A stretch of 64,000 bases of DNA, taken from NCBI GenBank assembly GCA_951406725.2, contig OX597836.1:2418001-2482000 (forward strand). Reading direction: 5' to 3'. Position numbers and translations under genes: made by a program. The notes under the pieces were generated by a model. The model was not told the DNA's origin, made no database searches, and was given only the letters and a program-made list of their open reading frames with translations. Shown here piece after piece: positions 15,107-28,392 of the stretch. How positions within the stretch are numbered: the stretch's first letter is position 1; every line of letters starts with the position of its first letter. The DNA comes from Octopus vulgaris (Eukaryota).

Positions 15107-15618
15107 TATTTATACGTATATATATATATACATATATATGTAATTATATACATGTGTGTGTGTGTTTGTATGCGTATTTGGATGCCTGTGTGTTTGCATC
15201 TGTGAGTTGTAATATAAAAAAAGTATTAAGGTATATGTATGCATTTTTATATAAATATATGTGTGCCACTTATCTACGAATGTATGCATGTACTTGTGAG
15301 TGTGTGTGCGCACGTGTGTATGTGTAAGCTGTAAAATAAGGAAACGAATATGGTTAAAATGAAAGACGTTTTTACATTGTACTAGAAATGTATTTGAATA
15401 GTTCAATGCTGCGCTTAGATTTTCCCCTTCGTATTTATTCCATTTTATTCCATGATTTATTCTTTTTTTCTTTCCTTTTTTGCCTTTCATTTTATCGTTC
15501 AGTTTTGTAATTACGTCCACGTATTTATTTCCTTCTCTTATATATCTTTTGCTTTTGCCATGTTTACATATAATTATGTATGCATTTATTTTGGGCACAC
15601 ACACACACATATATATTT

Positions 15619-15685
<67 letters not shown>

Positions 15686-16693
15686 GTATGTATATGTATA
15701 TATGTATGTATACATATATATATATATGTGTGGGTATATATAGACAGACATACATACATATATGTATGTAAACAGAGAAAGAAGGATAGAAATGGTTTGG
15801 AAAATACATGTGTATATGTGTGGTTTGTTGATTATATTGCTATTCTCAATAAAATAGATGTGATATCAAAGAAATTAGATATAATACCTCAAACCTTCGT
15901 TACTATTATTTTTATTGTTATTTTTAGTAATTTTTTCTTTTTTTATATACATATTCCAAAATGGTCTGAGTAAGATACAAGAACATAAGAACATAAAATA
16001 TAGCGGATATAATGGAGAGTTTGCGCAGAAGACGAACCTGGATTATAGTGATTTAGAATCATTTAAAACAGTGGTAGAAGTAAATTCAGGAAAAATATGG
16101 AAAATGGTTGAGAATGAGGGAGAGAGGGGGGAAGAGAAATTGTGAGGGTGTGAGAGAAAATGAGAGGGAGGTCGAGAAAGAGCGAGAGGTGTAAGGCAGG
16201 GAAAGGAAGTGGGGGATATATGCTTCGAAGCGGGAGAGTGTAAATTAAAGGTTGATTGTTAGGTGACATTGTAGGATTTGGGGACGAGGAAACGGAAGTT
16301 TCTCTGACGGAAGCAACTATGAGTATTTTAAAATACACAGATATTTCAGATGAGAGTTGAGGAATTGGTGAGACAAGGTTAACTATCGTGAAATTCTAAT
16401 TGTATTCTGGACGTTTGGTATTTCTTAACAATCATGACTCCATCCTTTAATGTATCAGAGATAGCTCGCTCCTTTAGATATCATCGTGATGTTTGGATTG
16501 ATTTAGCTAAAAACTGATATGTCTTTTCTGCTTTTCTCTTGTAGAACTATATATACTCTTAGTTAAAGTTGAATTTGAAATTATGACTTAATGTAATATA
16601 TAATAAAGCATCTTTAAGAAGAAAAATAAACAATACAGCTGAATACTAGAATTCAAAATGCATCCTGAATGTGCGAAGTATGGTCGCATTTGC

Positions 16694-16829
16694 TGCTGTG
16701 TGGTAAGAAGCGTGGTTCCGGGTTCAGTCCCAATTCGTGGCACCCTTGGCAGGTGACTTATTCTATAGCCTCGGGCCGACCAAATCCTTGTGAGTAGATT
16801 CTTTAGACTGAAACTGAAAGAAGCTCGCC

Positions 16830-16908
<79 letters not shown>

Positions 16909-17070
16909 TGTGTGTACGTGTGTAGATATGCGTGTGTGTGTGCGCGTGTGTTTGTCTCTCACTGCCGCTTGACAGTTTGTGAAGGCTACCTCAAATTCGC
17001 AGGAGTTGGTAAAGTATCTTCTTCAACGGATAGACTGATCTCGCTTGCTACTGATCTTAAAACTTGAAGA
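16694..17070 (+). mobile_element. SINE family B copy with internal (TA)n(TG)n
   Basis: gctgtgtggtaagaag...gggttcagtccc...ggcacccttggcagg...ctgaaagaagc head, then the microsatellite, then a degenerate tail (gcttgacag). Confidence 0.75.
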
Positions 17071-18741
17071 AATTATATTTGCCTAATACTCGAATCACGC
17101 AGAATCAGTAACTTTGTAGTTATACTGTTGATCCAATTGGGAAACACACAGCAAGCCTTATAATGAATAACTTGTACCAGTTAATCCCCCTGCAGAAGAT
17201 AGTTTGCAATAATGATATAATTACTTCATAACATGTAGTAAACCTCGTTACTACTATCCACATTACTTAGGACGAAAAGTGTCAGGAAACGTATCGGAGA
17301 AATTCCCGGAAAAACAGATGCTTAATTACTGAGGGAAATATATTCACCTCAAAGAATTATTTAATTATTTATTTCATGATCGCCATTTCCAAATGTATGT
17401 CTTCGACAGAGATGACAATGAAAACTAACCCAAATCACCTTACACCAATTTGGACATGCTATATCTAGCTGTACGATTATATGCAGAGTAAGGAACGGCG
17501 TCAGCTTCTGCAGATAAGAATTAGAAAATTGGAAACGTAACATATATGGCCAAAAATACAAGACGCGGCAGCATATTTCCAGACAAACACAGCTTAGAAT
17601 TCATTACTGCAAACTAACCAGTGAGTAATTTCGGTATCTTCTGCTATTCTGACATTCCAACCGGTTATTTTATGCCGTCACATGATACTTTCACTAAATT
17701 ACCAGACATAACGTCACGTGTCCATATACAGAGACGTAACGTGTGATTGTAATCCATGATGTCACATGACACAATCCGTCTAACAATGCGATCATACATT
17801 TCAGAACAATTATCAATATACTGACAAGTCGTCTCCATGACTTCACCAACGGCTTTAAGTACTCAAACTCCATTTCATATGATGAACAATTGAACATCAG
17901 TTTCTCTTCGTTCCTTTACACAGACACACGCGCACACACAAACATACACACATACGCACGCACTTATATGTGTGCATGCAGGCATAAAAATATGCGTATC
18001 TATGTCTGCTTGTAAGACATACAATATGGCATGTGCATATACAAGATCACATTGTTATATGCTTCTGGTTATACGTTTGCGAATAAGCATTTTGACGTCG
18101 AGTATTCTGGTCAGAATCTCATTTCTCAAATGAAATTTTAAAATAAGGTAATTGGTAAGATCTCTGAATCTAATTGATATATCATATCTACTATTAGAGA
18201 GTGCTTAGCAAAATTTCATTTCGGAAGAAACCCTAAAATATAAGGCTCCTTCATTCCTCCAAGTCTATTATTCAAAGCATCGTTCTGTCTGCTTCTCTGA
18301 ATAGACATGTATAAGTGTTCGTATTTATAAATACAAATATATCATTTTTAAATTTCTAAATCCATTTCCGGCATGCTTACATACATTTGTGCATAAACAC
18401 ACGCACACATACAGAGTCTCTCTCTCACACATACACACAGAGTCACACAAACATACACACCTATATATATATATATATATATGTGTACAGAGAGAGAGAG
18501 AGAAAGATGCCTACTAAGAATGTTCTCTTATTATTCACGAGGTTTGATATCAATCATTCCTGTTTCCCTAAATATTTCTCGTTCAAATGTTAGCACTCAC
18601 TACATTAGATCAATTTAAAAGCAATGTAATCGTTGTTTATACACGAGTCATCTGCACGTCATTAATAGCGACAATTTCTATTTTCTAACATAGCAGATTT
18701 ACAGAAGTACTCTTATGTCATATATTTTCCTGAAGATTTGC

Positions 18742-18907
<166 letters not shown>

Positions 18908-20055
18908 GTCTCGGGCGTGCCATTATCTTTTAGTGCCTTATTAATTTAACACACTCACTGGTTAGATTTCCACTCCTTTACTTATTTAATTTTACTGAAA
19001 TTTTCGTTGAGTTTTGCAAACTTTTCAATAGGTGTCAACTCCGTCTGTTATCGGAGTGCGTTCTTTTTGTTTGTTTGTTTGTTTGTTGTCTTTGCGTCAA
19101 TGTGCGTGTTTGGATATATATGTATGTGTTCACGTTTGTAAGTATGTATGTATATATGTATGTATGTACTCTGCAGTCTACATAAATACAAACACGTATA
19201 TATGTGCATACATAAGACACTAAAAAGAGAAATACTCTTCCCAGACACAATAAAATATGCTTCAACGCACGAATTCCCACAAAGAATCATGCAAACTAAA
19301 ACAAGAAATGAAATATATATATAAGTGTGTGTGTGTTTGTGTAGTTATTCACACACACACACATATATGTATAAGAAAATAGATACACACGCACACATAT
19401 ATCGATTACATAAGATATGGATATCATTGAAATGGTTGACTGATAATCGAATTACATAACACAAAGCGGTCGCTGCTGAATGACTTAAAAGAAATAGATC
19501 CTGAATTAATTGTGCTGTCCCTCTGTTCGACTACAAACGAAGTAACTTATCTGAATCCTTTATCAAGAAATGAATTTCTTTAAACTCCATGTAAACGCAT
19601 ATCAAAGTTTCTTATCGATTTCCTTGTTTCCTTTCACTCAGACACTCATATGAATGGATGTTTCAATGACCTACTTTGATCAATCGGACAATGTTTTGCA
19701 TGCAACAAATGGGTTACACAGAGTTTTGATGTGTAGCAATCACTGGATTAAATGGTTGTACGGTCTAAGTTAGCCTAATCGAGTTGGCCGGTCGCAAGAA
19801 GTTGGACAATTATATATATACGTATAAATATATATTTATATGTACATCTTGATCACTATGTATAGATCGGCCAAGAAAACGTTGTTCTGTCTTGTGTGGC
19901 CAGCAACATACCGCCGTTAATTGAGAGATCGATACGACACCCACCAGACTGAAATAAATACGTAGATCAATAGAGCTGATTAAAACCAGTGCATGCATCT
20001 TCCGATGTTTCAAATAAATGAATATATATATATTTATATATATATATATATATAT

Positions 20056-20119
20056 GACAGACGAAATACAGCTAAGCATTTCACCCGGCGTGCTAACGAT
20101 TCTTCCAGCTCACCGCTTT
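20056..20119 (-). mobile_element. SINE family A head fragment
   Basis: Reverse complement aaagcggtgagctggaagaatcgttagcacgccgggtgaaatgcttagctgtatttcgtctgtc. Confidence 0.8.
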
Positions 20120-20204
20120 AAAAGAACATATATATAATATAAATATGTATGTTTGTATGTATGTATGTATGTATGTATTACATATATTATATAAATGTTG
20201 TTTG

Positions 20205-20418
20205 AAGGCGGTGCGCTGCCAGAAGCGTTAACACGCCGGGCGAAATGCTTAGCTGTATTTCGTCTGTCTTTATGTTCTGAGTTCAAGTTATGCCGTGTTC
20301 GCCTTTGCCTTTCATCCTTTAAGGGGTCGATAAATTAAGTATCAGTTGAATACTGGGTTCGATGTAACCGACTGAGCCCTACCCCCAAATGTCATGCCTT
20401 GTGCCGAGAGTAGGAAAT
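20205..20418 (+). mobile_element. SINE family A copy (short-tail subfamily ending ggccttgtgcc..tag.aa)
   Basis: Full head, ctgagttcaa B-box-like motif and central gcctttcatcctttaaggggtcgataaattaagta. Confidence 0.85.
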
Positions 20419-20420
20419 AA

Positions 20421-20507
<87 letters not shown>

Positions 20508-20724
20508 TTTTATTCCTTTAGTTGCTTCATACATTTGACTGTGGCCATGCTGGAGCACCGCCTTTTAGTCGAGGAAATCGATATCTGCAATTATACTTTA
20601 TAAAACTGGTCCTCGGTGTATCGATATCTTCTTCTGAGCTGCTAAGTTTCGGGGAAGTGAACACACCATCATTGGTAGTCAAGCGATGGTGGCGGGTGAA
20701 AAAATTGTCACACACAAATACATA

Positions 20725-20791
<67 letters not shown>

Positions 20792-20818
20792 GTATGTGTA
20801 TATATATATATATATATA

Positions 20819-21150
20819 ACTCGCTCTGAGATTTATCATTGTTTGATTTCACTTTTTCAATATCAGTGTCAATCGACACTGGAATAAGTATATGTATTTG
20901 TGAATGGAGCTGACTTCTCGTCGACAACTGTGATTGTCACACGCTGATGATAGGTAAACACCTTGAAACTCGAGTCCGTGTGTATCATAAGTTGAAGACG
21001 GGGAGGATGACTTCCCTTCACAAATACTGATAGGGCACAAATAGTGTGTCTATAGCCAGCTGGAGGAGATATCTTCCTGGGGCTACAAACTACAGTAGCA
21101 TCCACCCTTAGGGGTTAGCCATATTCAAATGGCAAATATGCGTCACTATA
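20819..21150 (+). mobile_element. Hammerhead-containing non-coding repeat (family H), copy 1; retrozyme-like or Penelope pLTR-like
   Basis: Homologous along its length to 48277-48601, flanked by (TA)n on both sides, and contains a type I hammerhead. Confidence 0.75.
20930..20988 (+). ncRNA. Type I hammerhead ribozyme motif
   Basis: cacacg CTGATGA t-aggt-aaac-acct-t GAAA ctcgag TC cgtgtg. Perfect 6-bp stem I (extended by tgat/atca past an internal loop), intact CUGAUGA and GAAA cores, 4-bp stem II, palindromic ACTCGAGT stem III. Predicted cleavage after C20976. Confidence 0.8.
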
Positions 21151-21351
21151 TTTATATATATATATATATATATATACATACATATACGACGGGCTTCTTT
21201 CGGTTTCCGTCTACGAAGTCCACTCACAAGCCTTTGGTCGGACCGAAGCTATAATAGGAGGCACTTTGCCAAGTTGCCATGTAGTGAGACTGAAACCGGA
21301 GTCAAGTGGGTTGGTACCCGGCTCCTTACCACACAGCCACGATATATATAC

Positions 21352-21782
21352 AAGCGGTGGTGGGCATCTGGTAAGAGGCATGCTTCCAACTCGCGAGCTT
21401 TCGGATTCGGTTCCACTTCCGCTGTCTGCGCAGCCAAACCTTGTGAGGGCATTTTTTTGACGGAATCTGAAAGAAGCCCGTCATATGTGTGTTTTTGTGT
21501 GTGTGTGTGTGTGTGTGTTTTTTTTTGTGTGTGTGTTTGTGTATGTATGTATGTATGTGTGTGTGTGTGTGTGTGTGTCTTTGTGTCTGCTCTTCTTCTT
21601 TTTCGCTGCTTGAAAGCCTGTGATGTTAACCAGTTCGGCAAAAAAAAATAATAATACAAAAATCTATAAAATAAGTAGCGTGCTTGAAATAAAATACTCA
21701 CTTTGTATTAATGCGTTCGAGTAAAACGTCTCGATGACGATACTCCAGCATGGCCGTTATCTAATGACTGGAATAAAAGACA
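21352..21782 (+). mobile_element. Degenerate SINE family B copy
   Basis: aaccttgtgagggcatttttttgacggaatctgaaagaagcccgtc, then (TG)n, then tail actccagcatggccgttatctaatgactggaataaaaga. Confidence 0.7.
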
Positions 21783-22028
21783 AATGATGAGAGATGTATA
21801 TATAAATATATATATATACAATATATATATATATATGTATATATGTAAGTATGTATGTTTGTATGTGTGAGTGTGAGTGAGTGTTGCGTGTGTATATGTA
21901 TACACAAGCACACACACACACACATATATACACATATATATGAATGTACGTATAGATACTCGGAGAGAGACAGAGTGAGAAAGTGAGTATAGCGTACATC
22001 TATTAATATTTACGTATCCATCTTTATA

Positions 22029-22062
<34 letters not shown>

Positions 22063-22066
22063 AGTG

Positions 22067-22124
<58 letters not shown>

Positions 22125-22227
22125 AGTGTATATATATATACATATATATGTATCTATACATACATATACATGCGTATTCATACATACACACACATAACGG
22201 CTTATGTACGCATGTATATGTGTATGC

Positions 22228-22270
<43 letters not shown>

Positions 22271-22781
22271 TGTGTGTGTATATGTGTGAACGTATGTGAA
22301 TGCATATATGTACGAATGTAGGTATGTAAGTGTGTACGTATCGACCGTTCGTCATATCGATATTTCCATATCAATATCTACATATCTGTAATTAAGAGAC
22401 ATTAGTTTCTCACCCGTTTCACTTTTATATTGACCAACGCCGTAATTAAATTATATAATGTCTTCTAATTATACACACCTCCCGCTGCTTGGTTAAATAT
22501 AATCTTGCCATTATATACACCGTCTGTCCTGAAAGATAAATGGTTATTATAGTGAAACGATATTATTATTTTTCTAGTTTTCCGTCTAGTCAGGTTACTT
22601 ACCGGTGACGAGGTCAACGAAAGCGTTCTCTCATTTTTGCAATGAATAATAGTTCGGAGATGAATCTGAACTAGTCTGGAAGATCAGCGGTCTCTGAGGA
22701 TAATATTCCCGCAGAGCGATGTGGGAAGTTCATCTCCATTTACCTTGTTTACCGCGTTACGTGTTTTTAAGCTTTCACACT

Positions 22782-22815
<34 letters not shown>

Positions 22816-22818
<3 letters not shown>

Positions 22819-23004
22819 GCGGTATTTCGTCTGCCGTTACGTTCTGGGTTCAAATTCCGCCGAGGTCGACTTTGCCTTTCATCCTTTCGGAGTCGAAAAA
22901 TTAAGTACCAGTTACGCACTGGAGTCGATCTAATCGACTTAATCAATTTGTCTATCCTTGTTTGTCCCCTGTGTGTTTAGCCCCTTGTGGGCAGTAAAGA
23001 AATA
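22816..23004 (+). mobile_element. SINE family A, 5'-truncated, abutting (GT)n
   Basis: ttagcggtatttcgtctgccgttacg...gggcagtaaagaaata, near-identical to the 10601 copy. Confidence 0.9.
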
Positions 23005-23129
23005 TATAGATAGAGAGACAGATAGACAGACACATATATATATACACATACATAGACGCACTCACACAGAGGGATAGAAAGTCAGCAGGTAAAATTCACA
23101 GATGCGCAGTATAGTAAACACGTAGTAGA

Positions 23130-23326
23130 CAATTTTCCTGTTTCTGTTGTACCTGTATTTCAAAGGGTCAGCCTTCTCACATACTGTATCACGCTGAATT
23201 TCCCCAAGAACTACGTTAAATGTACACGTGTCTGTGGGGTGCTCAGCACTTTAGTTTCACGAGCAAGCTGTTCCGCCGATCAGATCAACTGGACCCGCCG
23301 GAATGTCGTAACCGACGGAGTGTCAC
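23130..23326 (+). mobile_element. Short interspersed repeat family D
   Basis: Homologous to the reverse complement of 5181-5360. Confidence 0.6.
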
Positions 23327-23826
23327 GTATAACTTGCTAATAATTGAATATAACAATGTGAGCGAGGAATAGGAGTTTTAGGGATATTTTTGCTAAAGTT
23401 TGTATTTCTGGTTCACTATACTCGTAAGAATGGGATGTTGATTGCAAAGATGGGATTGGTCATTCGGTAAGCAAATTGTCTGAGTGTAATAAGCGCAAGG
23501 TATTACAGACTTACTTTAAAGTCAACCATGTCTAACGAAGCGAACTTACAATTTCCAACTTCCGTTTCTATAAAATATCATCAAAACCAATGTTGGAGGG
23601 TCTTCAAAAATGTGTGCCTCAGTGGCAGAATGGCAAAACTGTTAGATTATCGAACGACATGTATTGTGGTGTAAAATGTCACGTGACTGAGATATGAATT
23701 CATATGCAGTAGAGGCGAATCTTGTCTACTTTTATTTTCTCACGTGGGCGGATAATATTGTCAGACAAGGTCTTGGGGTGGATGGTACGGAATTTGTTCT
23801 GGATTTAAAATCATCGGACAGTGACT

Positions 23827-23882
<56 letters not shown>

Positions 23883-24094
23883 CTGATACTGCCGTAGTCG
23901 TCACCATCGTCATCGTTGGTACTATCCACCAACCACCACCACCACCTCCACGACTATCACCATCACTATCACTACCACGACCACCATCATCATCGTGATT
24001 GATATCAGTATTATTGTTGTTGTTGTTGTTGTTGATCTTGTTGTTCACGCAGATGTTGATGATGTTGTTATTCTAGAATGGGGATTATTTTAGA

Positions 24095-24295
24095 AGGAAT
24101 TGGCAAAGAGCCAGATTAAATATATTGACATATTATTATATTTTACTTTCTGAGTTCAAATCCAACGGAAATCGATAGACCGCTTTTCACGCTTCCGGGG
24201 TCAACAATATAACTACGCAATGATAAAGTATTGACGTCCAGTCAATCAATGAAACCTATTCCCCCATAATTCCTGGCCTTGTGCCAATCTCAGTC
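24095..24295 (+). mobile_element. Degenerate SINE family A
   Basis: ttctgagttcaaatcc...gcttttcacgcttccggggtcaac...ggccttgtgcc. Confidence 0.6.
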
Positions 24296-24562
24296 GTTAC
24301 TAATATCATGCTTCTGAAATGTTTTCACCTAGACGAGACTTAGAAGGCTGTAGTAGAGCATGTGGACAATTTTTTGTTTGGAATGTGATTACGTCGATTC
24401 TGTTTTCAGTTCAAACCCAGCCGACATAAAAATTGATTGTCAGGTTTCAGTGGCTGATAGACAAAAAAAAATTAAATGCAATCATACACAAGTGATATAT
24501 ATGTGTGTAATGTATATATATATGTACATACATACATACACACACACACACACAAATGTGTG

Positions 24563-24626
<64 letters not shown>

Positions 24627-24680
24627 CATATATATATTATTTTTTTGCGTAATGAAATAAAAAAAAACATTTATAGATAG

Positions 24681-24732
24681 GTCTTACAATTGTTTCCAGG
24701 ATATTTATTAATTATATCCCTTCATCAGAGAC
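24681..24732 (-). ncRNA. Type I hammerhead ribozyme motif (second family, probable Penelope pLTR)
   Basis: Minus strand: gtct CTGATGA a-gggatat-aattaataa-atatcct-g GAAA caattg TA agac. 4-bp stem I, 7-bp stem II, palindromic ACAATTGT stem III. Lies ~45 bp from a (TA)n tract. Confidence 0.75.
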
Positions 24733-25004
24733 GGTGTGAGAGGATGTTTAAGTGATAGTTAATATATACGGCAAGAAGAAAATGGAGGGAATACAGAAAT
24801 AGTATACATCAACCGTTAGATATTATATTATGTGTATTTATTTATTCTAAAACATTTATGGGAATATACACGTATGTATTACATACATACGTACCAGTAA
24901 TTCGTATATATATATATATATATCTAATCACTGATATCGTTCGCAACCCCTTATACACTCTCAAAAACAGCCGCGTATATTAGTAAGCAGTGTTATCAAT
25001 ATCT

Positions 25005-25212
25005 TTAAGTCCGCAATCTGGCAGAATCGTTAGTATAACGGACGAAATGTTTCTAAGCATTTCGTCCGTCTTTACATTCTGACTTCGAATTCCGCTACAG
25101 TTGACATTGCTTTTCATCCTTCCGTTGTCGATACAATAAGTACCAATTGACCTAATGGGCCTACCTGATCCCCCTGAAAGCTCTGCCCCTCTGTCAAAAT
25201 TCGAAATTAGTA
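25005..25212 (+). mobile_element. Degenerate SINE family A
   Basis: ctggcagaatcgttag...ttcgaattccgc...gcttttcatccttccgttgtcgatacaataagtacc. Confidence 0.75.
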
Positions 25213-25544
25213 TCATTTTTATAAGTTTCTACGCACAAACACGCGAAAATGTATACGAGTGAGTACAGTAATTTTTCTGTGTAAATAATATAAATACATG
25301 TAAAATATAATTAATAAATTCAGGTGAGGATTTAATCAAATTATGTGATGCAACAAATAAAGACAGCGTCCAGGTATTGTATCACCTTACATTCTATCAT
25401 ATTTCAGGTAACTTTCAATTTGTCAAATTTAAAATACAAAAGGATTCAATTATTCGGAGAATTGCATTATGGTTTGTAGACAATTCTGGTTTAGAATCTT
25501 AGGTTTAACATTCAAATTTTAGGGATTGCAAGTTAGAAAGTTTA

Positions 25545-25599
<55 letters not shown>

Positions 25600-26113
25600 C
25601 ACCGTTCGTTTTAATTCTGGCATCTCAAAGAAGCTGGGTATCTGAAACACCTCGAGAGTATACTTCTTATAGAATTGCGAAAATCTTATTCGAACTTGAG
25701 AATACGAGTGAGAGAACAAAAATTATAAAGAAAAATGGTTGGCCCATTATCTGTTAAAAATTCATAGATATATGAAAACTATCCTTAGTTCAAGAATGGC
25801 TTTTAAAATCTTTAGATAACGCGAATAGATTTTCGCTGAAGATTTTAAGTGATATTAGATGCATTTTTGTCTCCAAGTCCAGATCAGTGATTTACCAAAC
25901 ACGTTAGAGAGAGCATATTATCCAGCATCATTTACAAGGGAAAATAGCCATACACTGAAACCTTCAATAAATAACTGACCCAACATTTAGGCGGTTTCGA
26001 CTTCATAAGCAATAGCAGAGAGAGCTTTTACACCTGGCAGCCTTGCCAAGTGTAACCAATGAACGCATGAACACGTTCATAGGTGTAGTATTGTGTGTGA
26101 GTCTAGACACGTG

Positions 26114-26163
<50 letters not shown>

Positions 26164-26228
26164 TATATATACATATGATTCTATCTATATGTATATACAT
26201 ATATATGTATATAGGCGTATATGCATAT

Positions 26229-26301
<73 letters not shown>

Positions 26302-27359
26302 GCATGCATGTATGTGTACAGTATTTGTGGATTAGCAAATTGTTAAGCCTGCCACATGGAACTCTGCTTCCCATCAGTTGCCCTTAAATTTCGATATTCA
26401 CGTCTATTCATACGCACACACACATTTTCATACCTCTATCTATCGATAGATAGATAGGTAGAAAGATGGATAGATAGAAAGATAGATAGATGGATAGGTA
26501 GATAGATGTAAATATATGTGTGCGTGCGTGCATATATATGCGTGTGTGTGCGTATAATTCTAACCCACTTCTATTTTCTTAGAATATACTTCATTCATAT
26601 TTGTTTTGTTTTATCATCTTTACCTTTCCACTATCGAGGCGTCCTTCGTTGACTTCTACAAAGGATTCATTATAATTCTCCTTTCTTGCCATTTTAATTG
26701 ATAAAAACAATAACAATAATATTGCTAAGAATAAAAAGAAACGAAAAATTAATAAATAAAAAGGAATGTACGGTACAATAGTGTCCCTCCTCTGTAGTCT
26801 TTATTTAGTTCTCTAGTTCTTTAGTTATTCCTACGTTTATTTTTATTTATTTTTATTTATTTCTATTTATTTTCAATCATTTGTATTTTCCTCTCTTGAA
26901 AAACTTGATTTATAGAAGTCCGTCTATGTAGTAATTACTTTAAAGAGATCTCTGATAATTTGTGCGAGATTTATACTCTTTTCATTTTGCTTCAGTGGAG
27001 GATTATTCACACCCGATTAGCATTTCGGCTCTTCGAGATATTTGATGAATTGGAAATTTTGAAGAATAACAACAACAAACAATCAAACGAATAAAAACGG
27101 CAACAAACTCAAATAAGAATAAGTAAAACTATTCCACACGAAGCAATAAAAATACGAAACATAAACAAACAAAATCATTAAGGAAGCGGTTTGTACGAAA
27201 GAAAGAATGCGAAACGAAAGAAAGTCGACAATGACAAGAAGAACGGTAAGAAGAAGAACAACAACAACGGTTTTTGATTATAAATATACGTGCGATTAAA
27301 ACTACCGAGATAGGAGATTGTGGTTAAAACACCAACAACAACAACAACGACGGCGCGTC

Positions 27360-27397
<38 letters not shown>

Positions 27398-27461
27398 TAA
27401 TAATAATAATAATAACAATAATAATAAAGATGATGATGATAATAATAATAATAATAATAAC

Positions 27462-27533
<72 letters not shown>

Positions 27534-27636
27534 GATGATGATAATAATAATAATAACAATAATAATAATAATAATAACAATAATAGTAATAATAATGGTA
27601 ATAATAATAATAATAATAATTATTATTATTATTATC

Positions 27637-27675
<39 letters not shown>

Positions 27676-27750
27676 GTTGTTGTTATTGTTGTTGTTGTTG
27701 TTTTTGTTGTTGTTGTTGTTGTTATTATTATTATCATTAGTATTAATATT
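27360..27750. repeat. (AAT)n array followed by (ATT/GTT)n array
   Basis: Read directly; the strand polarity switches at about 27620. Confidence 0.95.
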
Positions 27751-27754
27751 AATG

Positions 27755-27940
27755 TGGCGAGCTGGTCAAAACGTTAGCAAGCTGGGCGAAATGCTTAGCG
27801 TTATGTCGTGTCTTTACGTCCTGTGTTCAAATTCCACCGAGATCGACTTCGCCTGTCATCCATACCAGCTACTTTTGGGTTCGATCAAATCGACTGACTC
27901 CATTCCACAGAATTTCGGGCCTTGTACCTAGATTAGGAAA
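27755..27940 (+). mobile_element. SINE family A copy with a central deletion
   Basis: ggcgagctggtcaaaacgttagcaagctgggcgaaatgcttagcg...gttcaaattccaccgagatcgacttcgcc...gggccttgtacc. Confidence 0.8.
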
Positions 27941-28085
27941 GACTGTTTTATTATAAATATATTTACGATTAAAACTATGGAAATATTTAGAAAAAAGATG
28001 TAGTATGAAACAATAACAACAATAATAAAAATGATAATATTAATAATAATAGTTGCTGTTGTTAATATTATTATTATTATTATTA

Positions 28086-28144
<59 letters not shown>

Positions 28145-28348
28145 AGATAGTGCTCATGGTAAAACTACCTATATATACGTAAAATACTGCCTACGTAATC
28201 CCAAACTTGAAAACAAACATGATTTTCTTATGGTTTCTTAAACATTCTCTAGAATAATACTATAATACTACTACCTCAGTTCACTGGTAGTGAACAGCTG
28301 ACACCGTAGTACATCTCCAGCGTTAGGAGCTGTGGAAAGGCAATGATG

Positions 28349-28391
<43 letters not shown>

Positions 28392-28392
<1 letters not shown>

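Larger units (their letters stand above)
20506..21340 (-). mobile_element. SINE family B split by an insertion (head 21187-21340, tail 20506-20715)
   Basis: Head and tail both align in reverse orientation to 58716-59138. The internal (TA)n carries a ~330-bp foreign insert. Confidence 0.8.
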
